Part shown: positions 39,708 through 50,275 of the stretch, one piece after another
Layout of the letters: each line of letters starts with the position of its first letter
Numbering within the stretch: the first letter of the stretch is position 1
Assembly: GCA_963736855.1 (NCBI GenBank)
Contig: CAVTQK010000015.1
Location: 480,001-544,000, forward strand
DNA: 64,000 nucleotides
Direction: 5' to 3'
Source: an uncultured delta proteobacterium
GTDB lineage: Bacteria > Desulfobacterota > Desulfobacteria > Desulfobacterales > UBA2156
Program-made: the position numbers and the translations under genes
The notes under the pieces: generated by a model
Databases searched by the model: none
The model's input: the letters and a program-made list of their open reading frames with translations, nothing else
Told to the model about the DNA's origin: nothing

Positions 39708-41969
39708 TCATTTCCGCGTGGCCACGTACACACCATCCCAGTCCTCCGGCGGCGTATTTTCCAAGTAAAGACGACAACGGTTGGACATGACCCTGCATGA
39801 AGAGTCTCCTTCTAGGATGCCGCCACACTCTTCGAAAAGCGTCAATGCCCGATCCCAAGATCGGCGGCGGTATGTTTCCAGGGCTTCGGCATAGACGTCG
39901 AGGAAACGACGCTTTTGTTCCGGGAGCCGGTCTTCCAGGCGGCCCACCAGCTCGAAGATTTTTGCGGCCTGCTTTTTGCCAACCACTCGTACCGAGTCGA
40001 GTTCCCTTACTAGCAATGTTTTTTCCACCATTTTGGCTGTATTTTCTCCGATTAAAATGTCTGTGCCGTAAAGCTTGTTGAGGCCTTCCAACCTGGATGC
40101 GAGGTTCACATGATCCCCCAGGACACCGTAGGTGAAGCGCTGGTCGGATCCCAGGTTTCCCACCAGCATGGGCCCGGAATTGATACCGATCCGGGCGGTC
40201 AGCATGGGACGGTTCATGGCAGACCACTCGAGTTGAAGGGAAAGAAGCCTTTTACGCATGGCCAAGGCCGAAAGGCACGCCTGTTCGGCATGGACAGGGC
40301 TTTCAACAGGCGCCCCGAAGACCGCCATGAGGGCATCACCGATATACATCAGGAGCGTGCCATGAGAGTCGAAAATTTCCTCGGTCATCTTGGTGAAATA
40401 GCTGCTCAGAATGCTCACCAGCTCTTCAGGGGAATAGATTTCTGAATAGGTGGTGAAACCCCTTAAGTCGGAAAAGAGAACCGTGAGCGTTTTGACCTCG
40501 CCCCCCAGTTTGAGCTGCTCGGGATTCTCGAGCATTTCCTCGATGACATCGGAGGCGACGTACTGGGTGAAGACTTTTTTAACTTGGCGCCGTTTCCGTT
40601 CTTCAGTGAAATAGCTCAAGACCGTAATCCCGATGTAAGTCAGCAGCAGCCCTAAGAGCGGGTAAACCATGTTGAGGAGGGTACCGGACCGGACGAAAAG
40701 CTGTTGGACGAAAAGGATATACCCCCCAAAAAGGAAAAGGGCGAAGAACAACCCTTTCAAAGGATTCAGGCGGGATAGACCGAAGCTGATAAGGAGGCAT
40801 AGGATTACGACAGCCAAAATATCAAAGACCCGGATCCAGGGGGGCTGGGCCAGGAAGTGTTCCGTCAGAATGTTGTCGGATACAACGGCATGTAACGCCA
40901 GGCCGGGCGTGGAGGCGCTGAAAGGGGTAATAATGTAGTCGGCGATGCCCATGGCGGCCCCCCCCACGAACACGATCTTGTCCTTGAAGGTCTCCGGTGG
41001 GACCTGTCCCTTGAGAATATCCGTGATGGAGTATTGGGGAACCATCGCCTGGGGGCCGAGGTGGTTGACCGCCATCCTACCGAACTCGTCCGTGGGAATG
41101 AAGATCTTTCCCAGTTGGACGCCCCGGACACCATAAGAGCTGAGCATCACCTCCAAGGGCGGACGATTCAGGAAATGCCATACTGCCTTGACAGCCAGGG
41201 AGGCATACATATCAGCGCCGCAGCGCACCAACAGGGGCGCCCAACGGACGACGCCATCCATATCCTGGGTTTTGTTGAAAAAACCGGAAGAATGGGCTGC
41301 CCTGGAAAGGAGGTCAAGGTTTCCTTGCGGGGCGAACGCTGTGATCATGGGAGGCGGTTCGGTGGCACCGTTGACAAAGCGCATTTTTGGATAGCGGGAA
41401 TTGGCGATCCCTTCCAGGCGGCGCTCGATCTCCAGGGGGGTAATGTCATAGTTGAGATCCGTCCGGCGCATGTGGAAAAAATGGCCCAGCACCACGGCGG
41501 CCCGGGAGCGTTGGATCGCTTCCGCAAGGAGGCGGTCGTTATCTGCATTTTTCCGATAAATGTCAATGAAATCCACAAATCTTTTTTCATGGATGTCCAA
41601 GGAAACGGCTTTATTTTTGATAACATCGATGACTTTCAATGATGAGTTCTCATCCGGATCCAGGAACCCGATATCAAACCCGATGACCTTCGCCCCGCTT
41701 TCCGACAGAGCATCGACGAGCCGAGCCATTTTGAACCGGGGCCAGGGCCACCGGCCTTCAGCTTCCAGACTCTTTTCATCGATCAGCGCCATTATGGCAT
41801 TTCCTGAGGAAGGAATCGGACCTCGGGAAACAAAACGAAGATCGACGGTTTTCAGCTCCATCAATTCCAGGAAGGGGATTCCAATAATAAAAGCCACGAT
41901 CGTCAAGACGAGGATCAAAACGGTGACGGAAATGCGATGCAGTGAAAGGGATTTTAGCAACTGTATCAT
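39708..41969 (-). CDS. CHASE2-domain class III nucleotidyl cyclase
   Basis: GRWPWPR, DGVVR, 3 TM, FSDLRGFT, GDA, VNLASRLE; WDGV tail. Confidence 0.95.
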   Translation of the reverse strand: MIQLLKSLSLHRISVTVLILVLTIVAFIIGIPFLELMELKTVDLRFVSRGPIPSSGNAIMALIDEKSLEAEGRWPWPRFKMARLVDALSESGAKVIGFDIGFLDPDENSSLKVIDVIKNKAVSLDIHEKRFVDFIDIYRKNADNDRLLAEAIQRSRAAVVLGHFFHMRRTDLNYDITPLEIERRLEGIANSRYPKMRFVNGATEPPPMITAFAPQGNLDLLSRAAHSSGFFNKTQDMDGVVRWAPLLVRCGADMYASLAVKAVWHFLNRPPLEVMLSSYGVRGVQLGKIFIPTDEFGRMAVNHLGPQAMVPQYSITDILKGQVPPETFKDKIVFVGGAAMGIADYIITPFSASTPGLALHAVVSDNILTEHFLAQPPWIRVFDILAVVILCLLISFGLSRLNPLKGLFFALFLFGGYILFVQQLFVRSGTLLNMVYPLLGLLLTYIGITVLSYFTEERKRRQVKKVFTQYVASDVIEEMLENPEQLKLGGEVKTLTVLFSDLRGFTTYSEIYSPEELVSILSSYFTKMTEEIFDSHGTLLMYIGDALMAVFGAPVESPVHAEQACLSALAMRKRLLSLQLEWSAMNRPMLTARIGINSGPMLVGNLGSDQRFTYGVLGDHVNLASRLEGLNKLYGTDILIGENTAKMVEKTLLVRELDSVRVVGKKQAAKIFELVGRLEDRLPEQKRRFLDVYAEALETYRRRSWDRALTLFEECGGILEGDSSCRVMSNRCRLYLENTPPEDWDGVYVATRK

Positions 41970-42255
41970 AAAGGATTCCGATTCAAATTAGGTCGTTAAG
42001 TCGGCGTCACCCAAAACGATTAGGAGCCGGAACCGGTCAGAGCCCAAAAGGCACATAGGGCGCTATCTACCAAAGTCTTATCGACAACACAACGAAAAGT
42101 CGAAACCCCTTGACTCTCATGCCGCTATTTTTTAAAGTATTTATGATAAAAAATGATGGAACCGATTCTGAATCGGTCATCCGGATTCCGCTTTCCGGAA
42201 GCGCGTTGTGCCATTCGCTCTTGAACTATCCACCCACTGGAAAGAGATCGCCAAG

Positions 42256-45200
42256 ATGAAAAAAGCTGAATTTATTGAGCGCATTTGGATACCCACAGTC
42301 ACGCTCTTTTTTCTGGCCGCATGTACCACACCCCTTTCAACGCTTCCTTCTTCCCCTCCGGCACTGAACTCCCTGGATGCCCGGATCCGGTTCATAGGCG
42401 ACATCCCGGCGCCCCGGGTCGCGCGTCTGACGGTCGATGCGGAAAACCGACTGATTGCCGTAAAGCAGGACGGCGGAATGGAATTTTTCAGCCGGAAAAA
42501 GGACAAAGGGACTCCGCTCACTGCTATTGCCGGACAGGCGATGCCTGTCACCAAAAGACCTTTAGGAGCAACCACCGGTGACGGAAAGATCTATGTAACC
42601 GATGCCGGAAGCCACGAGGTGGTTCTCTTGGACCCAAAGGGATCGCGAATCGACAGTTTCGGCAGCCGGGGAAGCGGTCCAAAAGCCTTCAATGTCCCCC
42701 ACGGAATTACATTCATAGAAGACCGGGTCTATGTGGCAGATTCCGGTAACCGGCGCATCCAGATATTGGGTGTCAACGGCGAATATATTACATCCGTGGG
42801 CCCCATCCTGACGGTTAAAGACGAAAAAGCCAAAAAGGCCTTACTGGAAAAGCCTGCACCCAAAGATCCGAACAAAGAAGAACTCGAAAAAATCAAGCTC
42901 ATCTTACGAAAAAAAACCCCGGAAGATGAAAAACCCAAAACGGTATCCCTGATGAATCCCATCGATGTCGCTGTGGACCCCCGGGGATTGATTTATATTG
43001 TGGATGCCGGGGACGACTCTGTCAAGATCTGCGATGCTTCTGGGGAGTTCATCGATAAACTTACACAGGTCAAGTCTCCGCACATCATCGTTGCCGCAAA
43101 AGACGGCATCTATCTGGCAGACCGGGAGAAACTCAGCATCCAAAAATACAGCCATGACATGAAGTTCCTCTATGCCTTCGGGAGCCGAGGCACCGGTCCG
43201 GAGCAGTTCGGCGCCATCGACGACCTTGCCGTTGATGAGGAGGGGCACCTTTTTGTCGCTGACGGAAAGAGGGGGTTGATTCATGAGTTTCTTCCTGACC
43301 CGGAACCCCCCTTTCAGGTATGGACAAAGTCGCCGCCGCCTGCTTCCATCCGATGGGTGATGGATTTGCCCTTAAAAGCCGCCAGGATTGCATGGGATGG
43401 TCAAGAGACCCTGTACGCCGTGGACGGGTCACAGGTATACCGGATTCGAGATGGACGGATCGAACGGATATCCATCAATGAAAAAATGGAACCGGTGGCC
43501 GTGGCCGTGGATCCGGCTGGATTCCCGTGGGTGCTGGACGGTGCCGGCAAGCAGGCCGTGAAAATTGATGCGACAGGCGCGGTACTGGCAAGGCCTTTTC
43601 AGCTCAATGACAAGGCTTTGAACTGGCTTTCAAAAATCAAGGACATTGCCGTGAGTAGTAAAGGGGTGGTTTCCGTGGCCGATTCCGGCAATCGCTGGAT
43701 TTGGATGCAGGCTTTCAAACCTGATGGAACCAGGCTATCCACCGTGATTCGGAACGACAAGTCGGGGAGTATGCTGGAGAGTCCGGTAGCCCTTTCTTTT
43801 GATGAGGCCGACAATCTCTACGTTCTTGACGATCAAGCCAGGCGCATTCATATCTATAGTCCGACCGGTGAACCCGTGGGCTCATTCTCCATCCAGGGCA
43901 AATCAGAGTCCCCCGTCGATCTGTGCGTGATCCATGGCGAAATCTATGTAGCGGATCCCGGTAAAGACCGTATCCAGGTTTTCAGCACACAAGGCGCATT
44001 TCTGCGAGAGATCGGCATCAAGGGGAGTGGAAAAGGAGACTTCATCGACCCTGTCGGAATTGCGGTCAAGGAAGATCTCACCCTTTTTGTGGCTGATTCC
44101 GGAAACTCCAGGATCCAAGTGCTCCAGCAGGCTCTCAACCCCGGGATGCCTTCGGAAGTCAACATCATCCCGGGCATCCGAAGCGTGAACATCGAATGGA
44201 AAAAGAATCCGGAGTCATATCCATTGGACTATAAGATCTATCGTTCGGTTTCGATGGAGGAGCCTTTTAATTATATCGGATCCACAAGAGAAAATCGATT
44301 CTTCGACCAGGATGTCGCAGGAGGAAGGAAATATTTTTATCGGGTGTCCGCACAGGCGGCAAAAGGAAACGAAAGCCTTCCTACCCAGCCGATGGTTGCC
44401 GAACCTGCAGTTTACACCCCACAGGCACCAAAAAACCTCAAGGCCCTGAGCATGGAATGGTCTGTAGAAATTTCCTGGGAATCCGATGACCGGACCTTTG
44501 TCGCCGAGTATGTGATTTACAGGCAGGCCGGAAATCAGAAATTCGAAGTCGGCAGGACCAAAGAAACTGCCTACAAAGACGAATCTTTATCTCCGGATAC
44601 GGCATACACCTATCTCATTACGGCGATAAGCGCCGACGGTCAGGAAGGGCAGCCGGGCACGGTAACCACCAAAACCCGGGTAGCCACCCAGGATCCCATC
44701 GAGATCATGGTGGTCGAGATGCAGAATATCTTCTCCAACGCTTATAAGATCTACGAGGACGAAGGGGTCGGTCGCATCCGAATCCAGAATAATTCCGGGG
44801 ATTTCATCTCGAACCTCAAGATATCCTTCACCATCAAGGAATTCATGGATTTTCCGTCTCAAACCGAGATCCGGGACCTTGAGCCGGGGAAAACCCGCGA
44901 TATTTTACTCAAGGCAGTTTTTAATAACAAAATCCTTAATGTCACGGAAGACACCCCCACTCAGACTGAGATCCGGGCGTCTTACTTTTACAACAACCTG
45001 CCCCGAGAGTTCACCCGCACTTATACAGCCAACATTTATGAGAAGCATCGGATGATGTGGAACATACCCGAGCGTTTTGCGGTTTTCGTGACGCCGAAAG
45101 ACCCGGTGGTCATCGATTTCGTGCGTGCTTCTATCGCTTCAGTTGGAAAGACGGAAAGTGTCATCCAAAGGGCTGCCATCGTTTTCCATGCCCTCGGGGC

Positions 45201-46131
45201 CTTCGGGATCACCTATCTCCCGGACCCGAACAATCCCTATCAGATCACCTCGGAAAAGACCGATATTGTCGATTATCTTCAGTTTCCCAGAGAAACGCTG
45301 AATCGGAAATCCGGGGACTGCGACGATCTCGTAGCCCTTTATGCCACATGCTTAGAAAGCATGGGAATCAGTACCCAGGCCGTGGAGATTCCGGGACATA
45401 TGTTGATGATGTTTTCCACCGATATCGAGTCCGGAAAAAGCGCTGATACCATGAACGGTCTCTTTGTCATCCACCAGGGGCGTCTCTGGGTTCCGGTGGA
45501 GACCACCGTCGTAGGATCCTCCTTTACGAAGGCTTGGGAAAAAGGGAGCGCTTCCTATTACCAATGGGAAAAATTGAATTTGGATACCATCAACATTCAA
45601 TCTTCCTGGCGTCGATTCAAGCCCGCGAGCCTTCCCGAAACCGGCTGGCGGGCACGGGCTGTTTCCCAACAGATCATTGAAGGGCGATTCGGAGGAGAGC
45701 TTGTTGCCCTTAAAAACATTGAATTGAAATTGAAATCTCAAAAATACTATGATATTCTTGCCATAAAGCCCAACGATGCTTATGCTTTGATGCAAATCGG
45801 GATCATCTACGGAAAAGGAGGTTCCACCAAAGAGGCGGTCCGGGCCTTGGACGAAGTGCTGGCAAAGGACCCGAGAAATGCCGCGGCCCTCAACAACAAG
45901 GCCAACGCTTTTTTCATGGAGGGCCGATACGAAGAGGCGGTGCGGCTGTATGAAAAGGCAGGCGTCTTGGAACCGAAGGACCCCTTGATCTGGGTGAATC
46001 AGGCCCGGTGCTATCAGGAGATGAAAGACCTTATCAACGCCAAAAAGGCTTTCCGGAAGGCTTTTGAGCTCGACCGCAGTATAACCGTTAGGTATCGTAT
46101 GATGGCTCTCGAGCTTTTAAGCGGTTTTTAA
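42256..46131 (+). CDS. Large lipoprotein: NHL beta-propellers + FN3 + transglutaminase-like + TPR
   Basis: FLAAC lipobox; repeated YVADSGNxRIQ; FN3 W..Y.IYR..Y.Y.V.A; SGDCDD..PGH..PVET; C-terminal TPRs. Confidence 0.9.
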   Translation: MKKAEFIERIWIPTVTLFFLAACTTPLSTLPSSPPALNSLDARIRFIGDIPAPRVARLTVDAENRLIAVKQDGGMEFFSRKKDKGTPLTAIAGQAMPVTKRPLGATTGDGKIYVTDAGSHEVVLLDPKGSRIDSFGSRGSGPKAFNVPHGITFIEDRVYVADSGNRRIQILGVNGEYITSVGPILTVKDEKAKKALLEKPAPKDPNKEELEKIKLILRKKTPEDEKPKTVSLMNPIDVAVDPRGLIYIVDAGDDSVKICDASGEFIDKLTQVKSPHIIVAAKDGIYLADREKLSIQKYSHDMKFLYAFGSRGTGPEQFGAIDDLAVDEEGHLFVADGKRGLIHEFLPDPEPPFQVWTKSPPPASIRWVMDLPLKAARIAWDGQETLYAVDGSQVYRIRDGRIERISINEKMEPVAVAVDPAGFPWVLDGAGKQAVKIDATGAVLARPFQLNDKALNWLSKIKDIAVSSKGVVSVADSGNRWIWMQAFKPDGTRLSTVIRNDKSGSMLESPVALSFDEADNLYVLDDQARRIHIYSPTGEPVGSFSIQGKSESPVDLCVIHGEIYVADPGKDRIQVFSTQGAFLREIGIKGSGKGDFIDPVGIAVKEDLTLFVADSGNSRIQVLQQALNPGMPSEVNIIPGIRSVNIEWKKNPESYPLDYKIYRSVSMEEPFNYIGSTRENRFFDQDVAGGRKYFYRVSAQAAKGNESLPTQPMVAEPAVYTPQAPKNLKALSMEWSVEISWESDDRTFVAEYVIYRQAGNQKFEVGRTKETAYKDESLSPDTAYTYLITAISADGQEGQPGTVTTKTRVATQDPIEIMVVEMQNIFSNAYKIYEDEGVGRIRIQNNSGDFISNLKISFTIKEFMDFPSQTEIRDLEPGKTRDILLKAVFNNKILNVTEDTPTQTEIRASYFYNNLPREFTRTYTANIYEKHRMMWNIPERFAVFVTPKDPVVIDFVRASIASVGKTESVIQRAAIVFHALGAFGITYLPDPNNPYQITSEKTDIVDYLQFPRETLNRKSGDCDDLVALYATCLESMGISTQAVEIPGHMLMMFSTDIESGKSADTMNGLFVIHQGRLWVPVETTVVGSSFTKAWEKGSASYYQWEKLNLDTINIQSSWRRFKPASLPETGWRARAVSQQIIEGRFGGELVALKNIELKLKSQKYYDILAIKPNDAYALMQIGIIYGKGGSTKEAVRALDEVLAKDPRNAAALNNKANAFFMEGRYEEAVRLYEKAGVLEPKDPLIWVNQARCYQEMKDLINAKKAFRKAFELDRSITVRYRMMALELLSGF

Positions 46132-46157
46132 ACCTATAAGGAATGGGGGAGACAGCG

Positions 46158-46565
46158 ATGAAAAAGATTGCTTTCATAATCGCCATCGTATTTGTGACGA
46201 GCGTTTCGCTGTATGCGGGGGATGCACCCGAGGCTCAGGGGGGATTTTGGGACAAGATGCTCACCAAGGTGAACCAGATCATCCCGAAAAAGAAGGTCGA
46301 AGCTGAAACTTCTATTGCCGGCATCCGCGGTAAAAGCCAAGAGGAAGGGCAAGCCCTTTATTGGAAGGGAGAAGATGCCGTGGTTTCGGTGACCGAAGAA
46401 GAGCTGGAAACCTTCAAAGTCGCGGTGAGGAAAGCATTGGAGGGAGAAAGGGATCAGGCGCTCAAACTATTCCATAGATTCAACGAGTTGTATCCGAATA
46501 GCGCGTTGAAAATCGATGCCCAAAATGCCATCAGCGAACTAAAGGCTGGGGGGTCTAAGACTTAG
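46158..46565 (+). CDS. Secreted protein with C-terminal TPR-like helices
   Basis: Signal peptide; TSIAGIRG motif; F..LYPNSAL. Confidence 0.8.
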   Translation: MKKIAFIIAIVFVTSVSLYAGDAPEAQGGFWDKMLTKVNQIIPKKKVEAETSIAGIRGKSQEEGQALYWKGEDAVVSVTEEELETFKVAVRKALEGERDQALKLFHRFNELYPNSALKIDAQNAISELKAGGSKT

Positions 46566-46606
46566 GGCCCCCTTCTAATGGTTAATGATCAGGCCGAGCC
46601 AGATCA

Positions 46607-47593
46607 TTACGCATCCAGGCATGCGAGAATCCTGGATGCGGCGGTTGTCGGAGGAAGTTGCCCGCGTTCGACTTTTCGGATAAGGACCGGTAGAATGGCT
46701 TTGATTTTTGCATTATTGTAAAGCCGATCTTTCATCTCTTCCTCTACCAATGACCACATCCAGTCCAAAGATTGGCGCCTGCGCTTTACATCGAGTTCCC
46801 CCGTTGCCATCAACTTGTTTCGGTGATCCAGAACGACCTTCCATATCGCATCGAGTCCGGTCTGCTCCAGGGCGCTGCATGTCAAGACAGGGGGTCGCCA
46901 GGAGGGGAAAGCGGGTGCCAGGAGGCCTAACGCACTTTCATACTCCTTTTGGGCAAGTCTGGCCCGTTCGATGTTGTCTTCATCGGCCTTGTTGATGGCC
47001 AGCGCATCAGCCATTTCGAGGACCCCTTTCTTGATACCTTGAATTTCATCTCCGGCACCGGCCAGCATCAGCACCAGAAAAAAATCGACCATGGAAGCCA
47101 CCGTTGTTTCACTCTGTCCGACCCCCACCGTTTCGACGAGAATCACGTCAAACCCTGCAGCCTCGCAGATCAGCATCGTTTCACGGGTTTTGCGTGCAAC
47201 GCCTCCCAGGGTCCCTCCGGACGGAGAGGGCCGGATAAAGGCAAAGGAGTGGGTGGACAATTTTTCCATACGGGTTTTATCCGCCATCACGCTTCCGCCG
47301 CTCCGCCGACTGCTCGGATCGACGGCCAGGACTGCCAACCGGTGTCCTTTTTCCACGAGACGCATCCCGAAACTCTCAATGAAAGTGCTCTTCCCAACGC
47401 CGGGAACCCCCGTGATTCCTAGGCGAACGGCGTTGCCGGTGTGAGGAAGAAGTGCGTCAATGATTTGCTGTGCAAGGGCCTGATGGGATGCCAGTCGGCT
47501 TTCAACCAAGGTGATTGTCCTGGAAAGGATTCTGCGATTTTTGGCTAAAACACCCTTAATGAAGTATTCGGGGTCTTGAAGCGTCATTTTCAT
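46607..47593 (-). CDS. meaB: Methylmalonyl-CoA mutase-associated GTPase
   Basis: GVPGVGKST, VDPSS, DKTRM, ETVGVGQSE, NKAD. Confidence 0.95.
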   Translation of the reverse strand: MKMTLQDPEYFIKGVLAKNRRILSRTITLVESRLASHQALAQQIIDALLPHTGNAVRLGITGVPGVGKSTFIESFGMRLVEKGHRLAVLAVDPSSRRSGGSVMADKTRMEKLSTHSFAFIRPSPSGGTLGGVARKTRETMLICEAAGFDVILVETVGVGQSETTVASMVDFFLVLMLAGAGDEIQGIKKGVLEMADALAINKADEDNIERARLAQKEYESALGLLAPAFPSWRPPVLTCSALEQTGLDAIWKVVLDHRNKLMATGELDVKRRRQSLDWMWSLVEEEMKDRLYNNAKIKAILPVLIRKVERGQLPPTTAASRILACLDA

Positions 47594-47843
47594 TCCTCTT
47601 AAAACAAAATGCCGGATGTTGAACAGCAAAAAGGGACTTGTCGCAGGCCCATCGCGTCGAAGACATATCCAACCCATATATTTCTGTCAACCCGAAGCTT
47701 GGCGCCTTTTCGGGCGTTTCCGCAGCAGAACACCGACTTGCGATAAGGGTCGATAGCGTTTGACAAGCCGTTAGGGAATAGAATAAAAGAATACCTTAGC
47801 AGGAACATCAAAAACGGTTTTTCCTAAAATGTGGAGATGATCC

Positions 47844-48452
47844 ATGGATATTAAAAAACACCTCGAAACGGCGTGGAACATGACCCTGAAATTTATTGTT
47901 CCTCTCGTCATTCTAACCCTCGTAATGCTTGCCGTATCCATTGTCACATTGGGGATTCTGGCTCCTGTGGCGTTAGCCGGATATACCCAGTCTCTGCTGC
48001 TTTTGATGCGGACAGGAAGGGAACCCCGGGTCCAGGATATTTTTTCCCAGATGCGCCTGTTTTTGCCCTTGCTGTTTTTTGGAATCGTAACCTTCATTGC
48101 GGTACTCATCGGGTTCTTCCTGATGGTTCTCCCGGGTATTTTGGTGGCCTTGGCCGTTCTCTTCTGCTGTTTCTACATGATCCCACTCATGACGGACCGG
48201 GGGCTGGGTCTAATGGATGCGATCAAGGAAAGCTATGCCATGGCCATGTCCGGAAACAAACAGGACCATGCGGTAGCCGTCCTCATTTTCATCGCCATAA
48301 CAGCGGTCGGCGGATCCATCTTCATCGGGTCGTTATTTACCCAGCCCTTGGCCACACTCTTCTTTCTGTCTGTTTATGAAGAAAAGACCGCCGGGTTTGG
48401 CAAACGGAACCCTGAAGAAAAATCGAGTCCAATCCGGACGAGAGAATCCTGA
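47844..48452 (+). CDS. Integral membrane protein
   Basis: Several hydrophobic segments; GGAG RBS. Confidence 0.8.
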   Translation: MDIKKHLETAWNMTLKFIVPLVILTLVMLAVSIVTLGILAPVALAGYTQSLLLLMRTGREPRVQDIFSQMRLFLPLLFFGIVTFIAVLIGFFLMVLPGILVALAVLFCCFYMIPLMTDRGLGLMDAIKESYAMAMSGNKQDHAVAVLIFIAITAVGGSIFIGSLFTQPLATLFFLSVYEEKTAGFGKRNPEEKSSPIRTRES

Positions 48453-48585
48453 TCAGGGTTATCTGCAAGATCAACCCTTGTGCGCCCTGTCGTTACATGA
48501 ATGAAACAGCGAGGGTAGTATTCCCGAAATATGAGGATTTCATGAAGCCGATTTTGAAGATCCCGGCTCAAAAGGGAAGCATGTT

Positions 48586-49257
48586 GTGAATGTATGGGTC
48601 ATCGGTTGCGGAAAATTCGGATCCAAGGCCGTGACCCAGTTACTGCGGTCAGCACCGGATGTCTCCATCACAGTGGCGGATCCGAATCCTGAAAAGTTGG
48701 TTCCGTGGGATGGACGGATAGAAATCGTCATCGGTGACGGTATTGAATTTATGACCCGGCATCTTAAAGCCGGGCCGTGGCCCGAATGGATCATTCCTGC
48801 TGCCCCGGTCCATGTGGCCTATCGATGGATCTTGGAAAATGCCTCCGGTGTTCGGCTGGAGACGATTCCCGTGCCGGAGCCCTTTGTTTCAGCGTTTCCG
48901 AATCCGTTCCGTGGAAAAGCAGGCGAGCTTTTTTTAAGCTTTGCTGATTTTCTCTGTCCCGAGGATTGCCCGGAACCGGCAGATACGTGTACGGTAACCG
49001 GCCATCCCAGGAAGGAGAACCTGTACACACTTCTCGAAAACCTCAGCCGACCCGGTTGGCCTTCCGTTGTCATCAGGAGTCGTTTGCTTTTTCCAGGTGT
49101 CGGGGGTTATCCTCCGCGTGCCCTGTATGAAATGAAAAACCGCATTGAAAACATCGAAGGGACCTTTCTTTTGAGTACTGCCTGCCGGTGCCACGGCGTT
49201 CTTCATGCACTCAAAACGGTCCGGATCGCCTTTTCTGAATCCGAGTTACAAGTCTGA
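48586..49257 (+). CDS. Rossmann-fold protein with Cys-rich C-terminal part
   Basis: IGCGKFG; CPEDCPEP..C; TACRCHG. Confidence 0.75.
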   Translation: MNVWVIGCGKFGSKAVTQLLRSAPDVSITVADPNPEKLVPWDGRIEIVIGDGIEFMTRHLKAGPWPEWIIPAAPVHVAYRWILENASGVRLETIPVPEPFVSAFPNPFRGKAGELFLSFADFLCPEDCPEPADTCTVTGHPRKENLYTLLENLSRPGWPSVVIRSRLLFPGVGGYPPRALYEMKNRIENIEGTFLLSTACRCHGVLHALKTVRIAFSESELQV

Positions 49258-49297
49258 TGAGTTCAAGATGACTTCCAAGGAGCTCTTACCTGTGCAC

Positions 49298-50269
49298 ATG
49301 AATCGAAGAAGCAAGATATTGTACCGAATGGCCGCCCGGATTATTATTGGCTCTATATTTATGCCGCTTTTGGTCCAAGGAGTGTGCCGGGGATCTGATG
49401 AAGAGAGCAAGATTCCGGTCTTTGTGAGTATTTTGCCCCAGCGCTACTTTGTGATAAAGATCGGGGGTCCGAGGATCCATGTTTCGACCATGGTGCTGCC
49501 GGGGGCAAATCCGCATATCTTCGAGCCCAAGCCGAGCCAAATGGTCGAATTGATCAAGGCGAAGGTTTATTTCGCCGCCGGTGTTCCTTTTGAAACGACC
49601 TGGCTGGCCCGGATCGCATCGGCCAATCCCCGCATGGTCATCGTCCACACCGACGCCGGTATCGAGAAAAAAAACATGGATGTGCATCAATACCATGAGG
49701 CCGAATCCATTTCGGGGAGCCAACCTGCGGATCATGCTCGGCGTTTTCGGGAGAGCCGGACCGGGCATTTACATGAAGGCGAAAAAGATCCGCACACATG
49801 GCTTTCCCCTCCCTTGGCTAAAATCCATGCCCGAAACATACTCAATGCATTGGTGGATGTCGACCCGTCTTTCCAGGGATTGTATGAGGCCAATTATCAA
49901 AAACTGGAAATGGAAATTGATGCAGTGGATGCCCGGTTGAAGGCCGTTTTTTCCGGAGTCGGTCAGAGGACAGCGTTCATGGTATTTCACCCGGCATGGG
50001 GGTACTTTGCAGAAACTTACAATCTCAAGCAGGTTCCGGTGGAGATGGAAGGAAAAGAGCCGAAACCTGCAGATCTTCGGCATTTGATCCGCTGGGCGAA
50101 AAATAATAATATCAAGGCTATTTTTACACAGAAACAGTTTTCCGCCAAAAGCGCGGAAGTGATTGCGGGAGCCATCAACGCTCAGGTCATCTATGCCGAT
50201 CCGCTTGCAGAGGAGTGGTCGGAAAACCTGCTTCTTGTGGCTGAGAAATTCAGGGATGCCTTGAGGTAG
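49298..50269 (+). CDS. znuA: Zn/Mn ABC transporter substrate-binding protein
   Basis: NPHIFEP, His-rich loop, DPHTWLSP, HPAWGYF; start uncertain. Confidence 0.9.
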   Translation: MNRRSKILYRMAARIIIGSIFMPLLVQGVCRGSDEESKIPVFVSILPQRYFVIKIGGPRIHVSTMVLPGANPHIFEPKPSQMVELIKAKVYFAAGVPFETTWLARIASANPRMVIVHTDAGIEKKNMDVHQYHEAESISGSQPADHARRFRESRTGHLHEGEKDPHTWLSPPLAKIHARNILNALVDVDPSFQGLYEANYQKLEMEIDAVDARLKAVFSGVGQRTAFMVFHPAWGYFAETYNLKQVPVEMEGKEPKPADLRHLIRWAKNNNIKAIFTQKQFSAKSAEVIAGAINAQVIYADPLAEEWSENLLLVAEKFRDALR

Positions 50270-50275
50270 CCGGTC

